Source: Acidimicrobiia bacterium
GTDB taxonomy: Bacteria; Actinomycetota; Acidimicrobiia; Spongiisociales; ZC4RG35
NCBI GenBank assembly: GCA_965203555.1
Contig: CBDBCY010000004.1
Location: forward strand, 1,856,001-1,920,000
Length of the DNA: 64,000 nt
Direction of reading: 5' to 3'
Made by a program: the position numbers and the translations under genes. This document shows positions 38,637-48,231 of the stretch, in pieces (within the stretch, counting starts at the first letter, position 1; each line of letters starts with the position of its first letter). Below the pieces are notes generated by a model that saw only the letters and a program-made list of their open reading frames with translations, did not search any database and was not told the DNA's origin.

Positions 38637-39279
38637 TCACGGTGGGGTTCGCTTCGGCGGAGCATCGGCTTCCGGTGCGGAGGAGACCATGGCGGTTAGG
38701 TTCCGGCTGGGTTTCCCGGCGTGGAGGAGCCCCCGAATTCGCTGGTCCGCGAAGGTGGTTGGCCAGTCATGTGGTGCCAACCGGGTGGTAACGAAGTCGG
38801 TCCCGGCCGGGTCCGACGTGGTGGTCGTCCGAGCAGACACTGCTGCCCGCCGGACAGTCCCCGTGCCGCAAGGCTGCGCCATAAGCCCGGCCAAGCGGCC
38901 CCGCCTCGCCCGTAGCGGCATCAACACCGATCATTTGTCGGCGCCGGTCGTTGTTCACTCCGCTCCGACGGCTAGGAGCAGCGCCACGTTCACGACCCGG
39001 CCCCCCTCGCGGTAGACCACCGAAGCGCCGATGCGGCGGCATCCGTGGCGTCCCATCCAGCCAACCAACTGGTGGAACCCAAGGATGTCTTTTCCATGAA
39101 ACAATGATTCACTTGGGACTCGGGTTGGGTTGTTGGGCGGTAGGGTCGTTCAGGCGTCCGATGAACAGGATGGTTATGTCCGGGAGGGCCTCGTCTCTCC
39201 TAAAGTCGAACATACCGAGTTGTTTCCGTTTTGATACGGAGTTGTGATTACAACCCCCAACTGGTGGAGGACTCCAATT

Positions 39280-40118
39280 ATGCGTGCGCTTGATCCTGAA
39301 GTGGTGGATGCGGTATGGGAAGCTGTGAAAGGCCGTCTGCCGGAGCGGGAGGACAACCATCCGCTGGGATGCCACAACCCTCGCATCGCGGACCGGGTGT
39401 GTTTTGAAGGGATCCTGATCCGGTGGTGACCGGTTGTTCCTGGGTGACTGTCGAACGGATCATGAGCGGTCGGGTGTCGGACACCACTTTGCGGGGACGC
39501 CGTGACGAATGGATCGCCCATGGGGTGTTCGATGAGCTGGTCCAGGAAGCAATCGAGGCTTATGACCGGATCGTGGGATTGGATCTGAGCGAGACCGCCA
39601 TAGATGGTTCCCAGCACAAGCACCCTGCGGCGGTCGGGGTACCGGAAGAAACCCTACTGACCGGGGAAAACTGGGCTGGAAATGGTCTCTTTGACCGACC
39701 GGCATGGGATACCAATCAGCTGGGCGGTCGATGGCGCCAACCGTCACGACACCGTGCTGTTCGAACCCACTTTGGCCGCTGCCGCCCACCATGGGCTGAT
39801 CTTCGACATCGGGACCCTGCATCTGGACCGGGGATACGACACCCGCCGGGTCAGAGAATGCGCCCAAGCATATGGAATAGACGACCTCAACTGTGCAAGG
39901 AAACGCCGCCCCGGAACCGCACACGGCAAAAGCATGTCCCACGGGGACAACGATGGCCGATAGAAAGAACCAACTCCTGGTTGTCCAACTACGGACAACT
40001 CCGCCGCAACACCGACCGATCCCCCCACCACCGCCTAGCCCCATTCGCTCTGGCCATCACCCTGCTCATCGCCGCCAAACTCATCGACTGGAGAAACCGA
40101 TACACCCCCACCCACTAA
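39280..40118 (+). pseudogene. IS5-family transposase, multiply frameshifted
   Basis: MRALDPEV...HPLGCHNPRI, AIDGSQHK, GANRHD, LHLDRGYD and RWPIERTNSWL split over several frames (shifts near 39423, 39622, 39690 and 39930). Confidence 0.9.
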
Positions 40119-40404
40119 CCTACCCGCGCACCCTCTAAGGACCGCCCCTCCCTGTATAACCGGCTTTCGCCGAAACCGGTAGTTGGCTCGGTTACCTGGT
40201 AAGGAAGATTTAGAAGGAGGGGAACTCCACCGGTGTCAGTGATGTTGACCAGGCTTTTGGGAACAGACCCGGTTCAAAGTGCTTGAGGGCGGCATTCGGG
40301 ACTTCCCTACCCGCGCATCCTCTTATAACTACTTCTTCACTTGTTGGTCACGGCGCCGATCCGATACGCCCAGGCAAGCCAAATACCGGAATCAGGAGAC
40401 CCAG

Positions 40405-40971
40405 CTAGGAGCCAACTTCGCTTAGAGTCTCTGCAACCGCCCATCCGTCCGAGTCCTCGATGACACGGTATGTGACCTTGGTAAGGCAAAGACCACCGCA
40501 CCAGGCTTCGACGCTAACCGTTGCTCCATCCCTATCGAACTCCGCATGATCCAGCGTAACGATAACACTGCCGGGTATAGCTAGGTTTCCCCCCGCCCCA
40601 TTATCCTGTACGAACCGTGCCCGGCTGTCGATGAACCTGAACGGCGGTGCGATTTCTTTAATTGCGGTGGAAATCTCGGATTTCATGTCCTCGGTTAATT
40701 GATCTACCGGATCCGAATGGGCCCCGTAATTGCATGTCCACTCGGCGCCATTGTGAGAGCATGTCCGGGGGAAGTGATCGACGATCAGTATTTCGCTGCG
40801 GCCGGTTAGGCGACCGAGTGGAAACCCTCCGAATTCAACAAGTTGGCGCACCGCAGCGGCATAGATCCCTTTCTCCGCGTCAATACGTTCCTCTTCCGTC
40901 AGCGAACCCCTCCCAAACGCCGACGCGAGAAAGACGCCGACCAACACGACGCCGACCACCCAAAACGCCAT
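40405..40971 (-). CDS. hypothetical secreted/membrane-anchored protein
   Basis: N-terminal hydrophobic helix; WCGGLC motif near the C-terminus. Confidence 0.6.
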   Translation of the reverse strand: MAFWVVGVVLVGVFLASAFGRGSLTEEERIDAEKGIYAAAVRQLVEFGGFPLGRLTGRSEILIVDHFPRTCSHNGAEWTCNYGAHSDPVDQLTEDMKSEISTAIKEIAPPFRFIDSRARFVQDNGAGGNLAIPGSVIVTLDHAEFDRDGATVSVEAWCGGLCLTKVTYRVIEDSDGWAVAETLSEVGS

Positions 40972-41244
40972 GACCGTACCGGACCTGTCGGAAGCAACTC
41001 GCCAAGTCGCCCACGACCCCATCGGGTTCAAGTTTAGATCAAACGAGACGATCTTCTGCCCCAAAAACTAACCGTCCAGGAGGCTGCTGAATGCCCCGTG
41101 TTCATCTCGGAGCGATTCCCCGATTCACCCACGCCCTTAACCCGTGAACAACCCCCCGAGAATACAAAACAGGGAGCCCTTCAAACGGATCCACCCCCCA
41201 CAACCAGCAAAACGCCCAGACCAGCGTCAATAATCGGCAGTCCG

Positions 41245-41433
41245 CTAGCCGCAGCAGGTGTCCATGGTCTGATCGGACCAGGGGTGATCGGACTCGGCTG
41301 TCTCGCCTTCCGGCTGGCCGTTGCGTCCCCCGCACTTGGAGCACGCCCACACCGTAGGCATCCTGGCGCCCGGAGGCACCAGCGACCGATATTGATGGTC
41401 GCAATCCGGACATCTGATCTGCAACACCGGCAT
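41245..41433 (-). CDS. small zinc-ribbon protein (CxxC...CxxC, C-terminal CCG)
   Basis: 62 aa, 2 nt downstream of the lyase gene, SD gaggt. Confidence 0.7.
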   Translation of the reverse strand: MPVLQIRCPDCDHQYRSLVPPGARMPTVWACSKCGGRNGQPEGETAESDHPWSDQTMDTCCG

Positions 41434-41435
41434 GG

Positions 41436-42938
41436 CTACCTCTCGGCAATGCTAGAAGCGGCAACCAGCAATCGAGAGACTGCGGCGTCAGTTCGGGCAG
41501 AGATCTCAGACGACCATTCTCTGGCCCGTTCCACTCTGGCCCTCACTGAATCACAGTGCTCAAGTACCCGGGAGGGAGCGGAGGAACCCGGCGCATCTCG
41601 GAGAGAGAGCAGCGCTCTCCCGGTTTCCACCCCTGCCGCAACCGCCTCGAAGTCTGTCTTGTAATCCAAGCCTAACTCTTGAGCCGCGTGACGCAGATCC
41701 TCCCCCGTAGGCCACCGCCCCCCCGCTGCATCGGCTTCGGCAACCGCCCGAGCCACCACCCGGTAGGAGCTTCGGTAATCCAAGCCCAGCCCCAGAACCA
41801 GCCTCTCCGCCAGATCGGTGGCCGTCGAATAGTTCTCGCCGGCCGAGCGAGCCAACGCCTCTGGATCCACTTCCATGTCCCTCACCACCTGGCTGCCCAA
41901 CCTCACCAACCGGGTGGCCATTTCCACTGCGGCAATCACCTCGCCATAGGCGTACAACCAGTTGTCGGTTCGGGCCGAAGGGGTTCGCTGGGTGACCATC
42001 AGCCCGGTCGCCTTACCGATCAGGGTTCCGGCTCCTCCCCGGATCACCGACAAAGCGTACGGGTTGCGTTTCTGGGGCAACAGCACCGAAGCGCGTGAGG
42101 AGGAACCGGCCAGCCTTACGTAGCCGAATTGGGGACTGGCGAAGATCTCGAGGTCCTCCGCCAGCCGATCCAGGGTCAACACCGCCTGCCACGAGGCCAC
42201 CGCCGCGTCAACCACCACCTCCGCCGACCACATCCCGTCCCTTATGTGGCCCAGTGGTTCGTCGAATCCCAACCGGAGGGCGAGACGTTCCCGGTCAAGC
42301 GGTATGGTGGTTCCCCCTACTCCACCGGATCCGGCGGGAGACCGGTTGACCCACCTGTGACACACTTGGATGCGTTCCAAGTCACGGGTGGCCTGTTCAG
42401 CAAAACCGCACAGGTAGTAGCCGAAACTGGAGGGCTGCGCCGGTTGTAGATAGGTCGTGTCGTTGTAGACGGCATCCGCCAGCTCCACGCCTCTTCCCAC
42501 CAGAGCGGCGGCTAGGTCGGCGACTGCCTCGTGAAGTTGCAGCAATCGCTCTCGAAGCGCTATCCGCAATGCGATGCGGCCCGCCTCCCGCCGGGTGCGG
42601 CCGGTAGGCAACCATCCTGCCTCAGCTCCCAGACGCCTTTCCAATTCTCGCTCCCGGCTGTTGTAGGCATCGCCATAGAGGGAGTCATAGGGGAACTCAT
42701 CCACCGGCGTCGACCAGAAGTCCAGCAATTCCCGGCACAGTTGGCCGGCGATTCCTGCCGGGAGCACCCCGATCTCGTCCAATTCCAGAACATGGGCCAG
42801 GTCGGCCAGGGACAATCCTTGATGCAAGAACGCCGCGTCGGCCAACTCCAGGGCGTAACCCGCCTCGACCAGGCGCGGCGATGGCCCCGAGGCCAACCGG
42901 CCTTCGGCGCCCAGATAGCCTTGGGGAGGCTTGGTCAT
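41436..42938 (-). CDS. argininosuccinate lyase-like aspartase/fumarase-family enzyme, XcbC-like (CoM biosynthesis)
   Basis: TGRTRRE, TYLQPAQP and deviant signature ASVLLPQKRNP; context with comA and xec genes. Confidence 0.82.
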   Translation of the reverse strand: MTKPPQGYLGAEGRLASGPSPRLVEAGYALELADAAFLHQGLSLADLAHVLELDEIGVLPAGIAGQLCRELLDFWSTPVDEFPYDSLYGDAYNSRERELERRLGAEAGWLPTGRTRREAGRIALRIALRERLLQLHEAVADLAAALVGRGVELADAVYNDTTYLQPAQPSSFGYYLCGFAEQATRDLERIQVCHRWVNRSPAGSGGVGGTTIPLDRERLALRLGFDEPLGHIRDGMWSAEVVVDAAVASWQAVLTLDRLAEDLEIFASPQFGYVRLAGSSSRASVLLPQKRNPYALSVIRGGAGTLIGKATGLMVTQRTPSARTDNWLYAYGEVIAAVEMATRLVRLGSQVVRDMEVDPEALARSAGENYSTATDLAERLVLGLGLDYRSSYRVVARAVAEADAAGGRWPTGEDLRHAAQELGLDYKTDFEAVAAGVETGRALLSLRDAPGSSAPSRVLEHCDSVRARVERAREWSSEISARTDAAVSRLLVAASSIAER

Positions 42939-43879
42939 GTGACTGCGCTTCCCGCAAACAGGCTGGGCGCTCCGCCGGTCACCACGAACACCACCGGCCC
43001 CTTCACCTCATCGGCCCGTTCCGTCAACGCCGCCAAGGCCGCAGCGCCGAATTCCCGATCCACGTAAACCCCCTCGGTGCTGATCATCAGCCGCGCGGCA
43101 GAGTCGACTTGCCGGGGTTCGGGACAGAGTGCATCCAACACGGTCCAATCTACCTGCGGCCTCACCTCGACTTCCAAGAGGTCGAGAGCGGCTTCTGACA
43201 TGGAGACAATCCGCTGCCGGCATTCTTCCAGTGGACGGTGCACGGAAACTCCCACAATGTGCCTGCGCCGCTGCCCAGGCCTACGATGCCCGGCCACCAG
43301 ACCGGCCTGGGTCCCGCACGACCCGGTGGCCAGCCAGACAGTGGACGCCTCAACGCCCCGGCCGTCCAGCTGAGAATCTATCTCATCGACCGCAGTTACA
43401 TAACCCAATGCGCCCACCGGTCCGGCCCCTCCCCGACCCACCGTGTAGGGTCGGCGCCCCCGCCCTCGAAGTTGTGAGGACACTGTCTCCAACTGCGGGT
43501 CAACAGAATGCCTTGCCGGGTCGCCGGTGAAGGTGATTCCCACCCCCGGCAACCTTTTCAACAGTCGCAGGCAGCCGACCTCCGGGGCGTCCTCGCCGCC
43601 GAACAGCACCACCTCAACTCGCAGACCCCGGCTGAGCGCGGCCGTGGCAGCCAGGAGCACCCAGTTGGATCCGGGACCCCCTCCCGTCACAAAATGGTCG
43701 GCGCCTTGCGCCAAAGCATCTCCCAGCAGATAGTCCAACGGCCTCGCCTTGTTTCCTCCCAACCCCAGTCCGGTCAGATCATCCCGCTTTAGCCACACCT
43801 CCAGGCCCAGGGCCTCCGACAGTCGGGGGGCCGCCACCAGCGGGGTGGGTAGGGTGGCCACCGAAACCCGGGAGATCAA
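42935..43879 (-). CDS. D-cysteine desulfhydrase/ACC deaminase-like PLP enzyme, XcbE-like
   Basis: LPTPL, KRDDLTGLGLGGNKAR, GALGY and TGSCGTQAGL. Confidence 0.85.
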   Translation of the reverse strand: MISRVSVATLPTPLVAAPRLSEALGLEVWLKRDDLTGLGLGGNKARPLDYLLGDALAQGADHFVTGGGPGSNWVLLAATAALSRGLRVEVVLFGGEDAPEVGCLRLLKRLPGVGITFTGDPARHSVDPQLETVSSQLRGRGRRPYTVGRGGAGPVGALGYVTAVDEIDSQLDGRGVEASTVWLATGSCGTQAGLVAGHRRPGQRRRHIVGVSVHRPLEECRQRIVSMSEAALDLLEVEVRPQVDWTVLDALCPEPRQVDSAARLMISTEGVYVDREFGAAALAALTERADEVKGPVVFVVTGGAPSLFAGSAVT

Positions 43880-45222
43880 GCACTCTCTCCAAGCACCCGG
43901 TCGACGAAGTCCGGCGCCGCTCCCAGCACCTGCTCCAGGTCGAAAAGACTCTCAATCCCTTCCCGGTCCAGATGCGCCGTCACCCGCCGGTCAGCCAGCA
44001 GGGCCTCAACGAACCCGACTCCCGATTCCACTCCTTTCATCGAAGCCTCATATACGACATCGTGCGCGGTGTGTTTCCCGATCCGGTCGGCCAGCGCCCG
44101 CATCACAGATTCGGCGAATACGAACCCCTGGCGCGCGTCGATGTTCTCCATCATCCGTTCCCCGTCCACCACCAGTCCCTCCAGCAGCACCACTGCGAAT
44201 CCAGTGGATGCCAGGGTCATGGCGCATGCTTGCGGCAACGCCACCCACTCCGCTTTCCACGAACGGCCGTCACGCTCGTGCAGTTGGATCATGGCCTCGG
44301 TCATAACCGCCGCGTCCGCCCGGATCAAGCGGGCCAGCGTGTCGAGGTGTTCGGAGAACTCCGGGTTGCGCTTCTGGGGCATTGTGATGCTTCCCACCGT
44401 CCCGGGAATGAACGGCTCCCGCACCTCTCCCAACTCGAGCCTCTGCAACTCCATGATCTCGTTACCGATCTTGGCGACCGTGGTGGCGGCCATCGCCAAC
44501 AGCAGCACGAACTCGGTCGGCCGATCCCGGCTGGTGATCCAGGAGATGGTGGGCGTCCCCAGACCCAGACGCCCGGCGAACGCCTCCAGAAGAGGACCTG
44601 CCTCCCGCCCCCAGAACTCCATAGTGCCCAGCGCACCGCCCAACTGGACCACCTCCCATCTCTTGCGACCCTCCCTCAGCCGCTGGCGGTGGCGGGAGAA
44701 CTCGTCGGCCCACACCGCCGCCTTGAACCCGAAGGAGATGGGGATGCCTGGCTGGGCGTGGGTGCGTCCCAGCATGGGGGTCGTGCGATGTTTGGCGGCA
44801 TGGTCCCGCGCCGCCTGCTCCAAGCGGGCAAGATCGCGTTCGAGCAGATCCCCGACCTTTTGCATCACCAACGCCGCCCACGTGTCGCTCACATCCTGGA
44901 CGGTGGCGCCGTAGTAGACCCACTCCCGGACCTCCGCAGGCAATTCCTCCCGCAGGAAGCGGATCAGACCGAGAGTCGAATGGCCCGTTGCCCTGGTCCC
45001 CGCCGCCACCCGCTCCAGGTCGAGTTCCATCGCATCCAGATGCGTCCGGATGGTCCGCGCCGCCGAATCCGGCACCAGACCCACCTCGGCCTGTGCTTCC
45101 GCCAGGCATGCCAGAATCTCCAGCCAGGAGGCAAAACGGGCTTCCTCTCCCAGAATCTGTCTTCCCTCCTCGGTTGCCCACAGGTGCCGGTAGACCGTGG
45201 TGTCCCCCAGGTGGATGGTCAT
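43876..45222 (-). CDS. adenylosuccinate lyase-like enzyme, XcbD-like (CoM biosynthesis)
   Basis: YGATVQD, GRTHAQP, deviant signature GSITMPQKRNPE and HERD; ATGA overlap. Confidence 0.85.
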   Translation of the reverse strand: MTIHLGDTTVYRHLWATEEGRQILGEEARFASWLEILACLAEAQAEVGLVPDSAARTIRTHLDAMELDLERVAAGTRATGHSTLGLIRFLREELPAEVREWVYYGATVQDVSDTWAALVMQKVGDLLERDLARLEQAARDHAAKHRTTPMLGRTHAQPGIPISFGFKAAVWADEFSRHRQRLREGRKRWEVVQLGGALGTMEFWGREAGPLLEAFAGRLGLGTPTISWITSRDRPTEFVLLLAMAATTVAKIGNEIMELQRLELGEVREPFIPGTVGSITMPQKRNPEFSEHLDTLARLIRADAAVMTEAMIQLHERDGRSWKAEWVALPQACAMTLASTGFAVVLLEGLVVDGERMMENIDARQGFVFAESVMRALADRIGKHTAHDVVYEASMKGVESGVGFVEALLADRRVTAHLDREGIESLFDLEQVLGAAPDFVDRVLGESA

Positions 45223-46136
45223 CCTACGGCGACTGCTACCTGATCCACGCCGGCCAGCCACCGCAGGGCGCCCCGGACCTCGTCGAGGTTGGCGCCCCAG
45301 GGCACCACCGCCTTCCCATCGGCAAATTCCGTTCCCCGCTCCAGCATGCAGCACTTGACCAGCCACAGCCCGCCGGGATCGGTGCGGTCAACCCGCTTCC
45401 GCGGGCAGATGTCCACTTGCGGGGGTTCGTCCCCGTAGAAGTGACGGTGGAACTGCATTGACCGCTCGCAGCCGATCATCACCCACTCGGAACGGGTGGC
45501 GGGCCTGGTGTCGAGATAGGACAGGTTGCTGGGCAACTCCAGTCCGGCCCCCCGGCAGGGAACCAGGTAGGAGTCGGCGGGCATCCGCCCCGCCAGGTCG
45601 GAGAACGTCACGGCATCCAGCACCAAATCAATGGGTGGCAGATCTTCATCGAACGCCACTACCTGCTGGGCCTGTGTCAGCAGCTTGGGCGGCTCGGGCG
45701 GTGTCACCTCCGTGACATAAACGGGGATCGGAGCGGGCTCCCAGATGAAGTTGATGTGCTCGTACATGCCCTTCACCAGATAGGCCGATACCCCCGGTCG
45801 CGAATTGCGACGAGCGGCGCCCGCCAAGGCGGTGGCGTTGCCGCAGTCCACGGTGGGGTCCTCGACCAGAAGGGTGTGGGCCGGACCGGACCACACGGCC
45901 ACATCCAGCACCGGCACGAACAGGTCGTCGGAATCCGCCCGGGCAACCGCCGCCAGCCCCACTTCGTCACCGTTCACGAGACCCACGTAGTCGGTGCGTC
46001 GGTAGACCTCCCGACCCGTCAGGTAATCCATCATGAACTCAGGGTCCGGTGTGCGATCGACGTGCTGCACCGACAGCCCGCGGTATGGATGCGCCCTTGC
46101 GTTAGGTGAGGGCCTTTCGGCTAACGCCATGACCAT
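45219..46136 (-). CDS. conserved Cys-containing protein, XecG/XcbA-like
   Basis: PYRGLSV, YRRTDY, HINFI, VPC, IGCERS, ICPR, KCC and VPWG. Lies directly after xecA, like xecG in Xanthobacter (recalled). Confidence 0.6.
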   Translation of the reverse strand: MVMALAERPSPNARAHPYRGLSVQHVDRTPDPEFMMDYLTGREVYRRTDYVGLVNGDEVGLAAVARADSDDLFVPVLDVAVWSGPAHTLLVEDPTVDCGNATALAGAARRNSRPGVSAYLVKGMYEHINFIWEPAPIPVYVTEVTPPEPPKLLTQAQQVVAFDEDLPPIDLVLDAVTFSDLAGRMPADSYLVPCRGAGLELPSNLSYLDTRPATRSEWVMIGCERSMQFHRHFYGDEPPQVDICPRKRVDRTDPGGLWLVKCCMLERGTEFADGKAVVPWGANLDEVRGALRWLAGVDQVAVAVG

Positions 46137-46231
46137 TCCCCCAGGTAGCGGAAAAACCTAAGTGTAATGGGAGGCCCTCCTGCCGTCTCGGACGCCGGTG
46201 GCCTCCCATCTTGTCAAGAAGTGCTCGGGTT

Positions 46232-47341
46232 TTAGCCGCCCAGTTCCTTCCGTACTATCTCGGTTCCGGACACCAGGGCGTGAAGTTTGTCCACAGCTAT
46301 ATAACGCTGCAACAGGATCAACCCGCAGTCGGTGGTCACTCCCAGCTTGTCGGCTGGAACGTATTCCAGAAGCCTGCGAATCCGACCGGCAACCTGCTCG
46401 GCGGTCTCGGCGATGGTGGACTTGACGTCGATCACTCCCGCCCAAAAGCCCACGTTGTCCGGCAGCGGGTGCTCTCGGATCACCTCCAGCCCCGACAGGT
46501 CGTCAGAACGTCGACCGCAGCTTTCCAGGTTGAGCACATCGAAGTTTCCTCCGTATGCCTGGGGAACGATGGCGGCGGTGGCGGCGGGTGCATCGCCTTC
46601 CCGAATGGTCAGGTCGAAGATCTCCCCGGCTTCAGCCGTCTCGTCGGGGTAGTACGCCGGAGTACCGCCCCAGTTACCCCAGCAGATGTGAACGATGATC
46701 TGGGCGTTCTGCACGCCCTGGACAGCCCGGTTGAATGCCTCGATAGCCCAGTCCTCATAGAAGTACGGCCATGTGAATTCATCCAACTGGATGAAGTCGA
46801 TCCCCATGGCGTCCACTTCCAGAATGTCCTCGTTGACCGCCTCGGCAATTGCCATCGCTCTGTCGTAGGGGGCGTCGTAATAGAGGTCGTTGGTGGCCTG
46901 GGCCAGAACCTGGATGCCCGTGTATTGGATCTTGGTCGGCTTGTTGGTGGCTCTCCTGAGGGCTCGGGCCTGCTCCACCATGATTGCGCCGCGCCGCTTG
47001 ACCTCCTGGGTGAGCGTGCCGGCGTGCAACCGACTGTAGATCGGGAACCCCAGGAAACCGCCCTTCAGGTCGTAGCCGAGACGCTTGTAGTAGTAGTAAA
47101 GCGCCTGGTCGGCGTAGTTATCGCCATGCACACGCCCGTCGGTGATGATGTCAAGACCGGCGTTTTCCTGGTCGGTGGCCAGTGCGGACATGGCGTCCTC
47201 CAAGGCCTCCCTTACGTAGGCGTCGGGTGGCTCCTGGTCGCCGGTCCATTCCCGAACGACATGGGCATCCCACCACCTCGGGTTTGGGTAGTTTCCCACC
47301 ATCGAGGTGGGAATGGTTACCTCTTGACCCCTGATCTGCAT
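46232..47341 (-). CDS. xecA: epoxyalkane:coenzyme M transferase (2-hydroxypropyl-CoM lyase)
   Basis: IRGQEVTIPTSMVGNYPNPRWWD, DGRVHGDNY, HICWGNWGGTPAYYPDETA and TTDCGLILLQRY closely match recalled Xanthobacter XecA; Zn ligands HxC...C are intact. Confidence 0.93.
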   Translation of the reverse strand: MQIRGQEVTIPTSMVGNYPNPRWWDAHVVREWTGDQEPPDAYVREALEDAMSALATDQENAGLDIITDGRVHGDNYADQALYYYYKRLGYDLKGGFLGFPIYSRLHAGTLTQEVKRRGAIMVEQARALRRATNKPTKIQYTGIQVLAQATNDLYYDAPYDRAMAIAEAVNEDILEVDAMGIDFIQLDEFTWPYFYEDWAIEAFNRAVQGVQNAQIIVHICWGNWGGTPAYYPDETAEAGEIFDLTIREGDAPAATAAIVPQAYGGNFDVLNLESCGRRSDDLSGLEVIREHPLPDNVGFWAGVIDVKSTIAETAEQVAGRIRRLLEYVPADKLGVTTDCGLILLQRYIAVDKLHALVSGTEIVRKELGG

Positions 47342-47437
47342 AAAGCCTCCTTGCTCGGATAGCTCGCATAATAAACCGGCAGGGTCTTCCGTGCCCCTGA
47401 GACGGGCCAGAATCTGCGCGCAGAGAACCCGAACGGT

Positions 47438-48163
47438 TCAGCGGACCGTCCACCCCCCGTCCACCACCATTCCGTGTCCGGTCATGTAGGAGAGGCGATC
47501 AGAAGCCAGCAGGGAAATGGCGTCAGCGATGTCATCGACCTGGGCTACCCGTCCCACCGGTATTTGGGTTTCGATGGCTGCTCTCAACTCGGGCTGGTCC
47601 AGGCGCCAGGCGGTCATGGGAGTCTCCGTCATTCCCGGACAGACCGCATTGGAACGGATACCGTCGGCCGCATAGTCCACCGCGATGGACTTGGCCAGCA
47701 GGAGAGCAGCCCCCTTGGAGACCGAATAAGCCGCCCGGCCGGGGAAGGGATTTATCGACGCCACCGAAGCCACGGTGATGATATGACCCGACCGACGACG
47801 GACCATCGACCGCAGCGCCTGGCGCGAGCACAAATAAAGGCCTCGCACATTCACGGCCATGACACGCTCCCACTCCTCGAGTGGTGTCTCATGAAGGCGG
47901 GTGGCCTCCGCCGTACCGGTGATTCCTGCATTGTTGATCAAAACGTCCACCGGTCCCAACTGTTCCGCAACCGCGGAGAAGGCCGCCTCGACCTGCCCGG
48001 GATCGGAGACGTCCACCTCAAGGCCCAGTCCCTCCCCGGCAGCCTGGGCGGCCCGTTCTCCGTCGAGGTCGAGCACCGCCAAGTTGAAGCCCTCCCGGCG
48101 GAGTCGCCCACAGGTGGCCCACCCGATTCCCGACCCCCCGCCTGTAACAACCGCCACGCTCAT
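47438..48163 (-). CDS. xecD: 2-(R)-hydroxypropyl-CoM dehydrogenase (SDR)
   Basis: NNAGITG, FPGRAAYSVSK and CPGMTETPMTAWRLDQPELR, retaining both sulfonate-binding Arg positions of R-HPCDH. Confidence 0.88.
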   Translation of the reverse strand: MSVAVVTGGGSGIGWATCGRLRREGFNLAVLDLDGERAAQAAGEGLGLEVDVSDPGQVEAAFSAVAEQLGPVDVLINNAGITGTAEATRLHETPLEEWERVMAVNVRGLYLCSRQALRSMVRRRSGHIITVASVASINPFPGRAAYSVSKGAALLLAKSIAVDYAADGIRSNAVCPGMTETPMTAWRLDQPELRAAIETQIPVGRVAQVDDIADAISLLASDRLSYMTGHGMVVDGGWTVR

Positions 48164-48219
48164 AACTGTGGTCCCTTCTTCTCGACTTGTCTGGTCGGAC
48201 TCGAACGCCGATCGAGGTC

Positions 48220-48225
48220 TACAAT
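48220..48225 (+). promoter_or_regulatory. -10 hexamer TACAAT of the leaderless right-arm transcript
   Basis: TACAAT 6 nt before ATG 48232 in the 68-bp divergent intergenic gap. Confidence 0.6.
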
Positions 48226-48231
48226 CGGCTT

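Larger units (their letters stand above)
37191..40322. mobile_element. IS5-family-bounded element with passenger gene and TTA target duplication
   Basis: TTA|GAGGGTGCGCGGGTAGG at the left and CCTACCCGCGCATCCTC|TTA at the right (16/17 inverted match), with an IS5 transposase inside. Confidence 0.75.

Noticed and set aside
39280-40118. Programmed frameshift producing an active IS5 transposase
   Set aside because: At least four separate shifts are needed and no slippery site is evident, so decay is more likely.
41075-41100. GAGGCTGCTGAA as another IS terminal repeat
   Set aside because: No partner inverted repeat or transposase found; too short to support.
46232-47341. Cobalamin-independent methionine synthase (metE)
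   Set aside because: Same fold, but the sequence motifs and context match epoxyalkane:CoM transferase.
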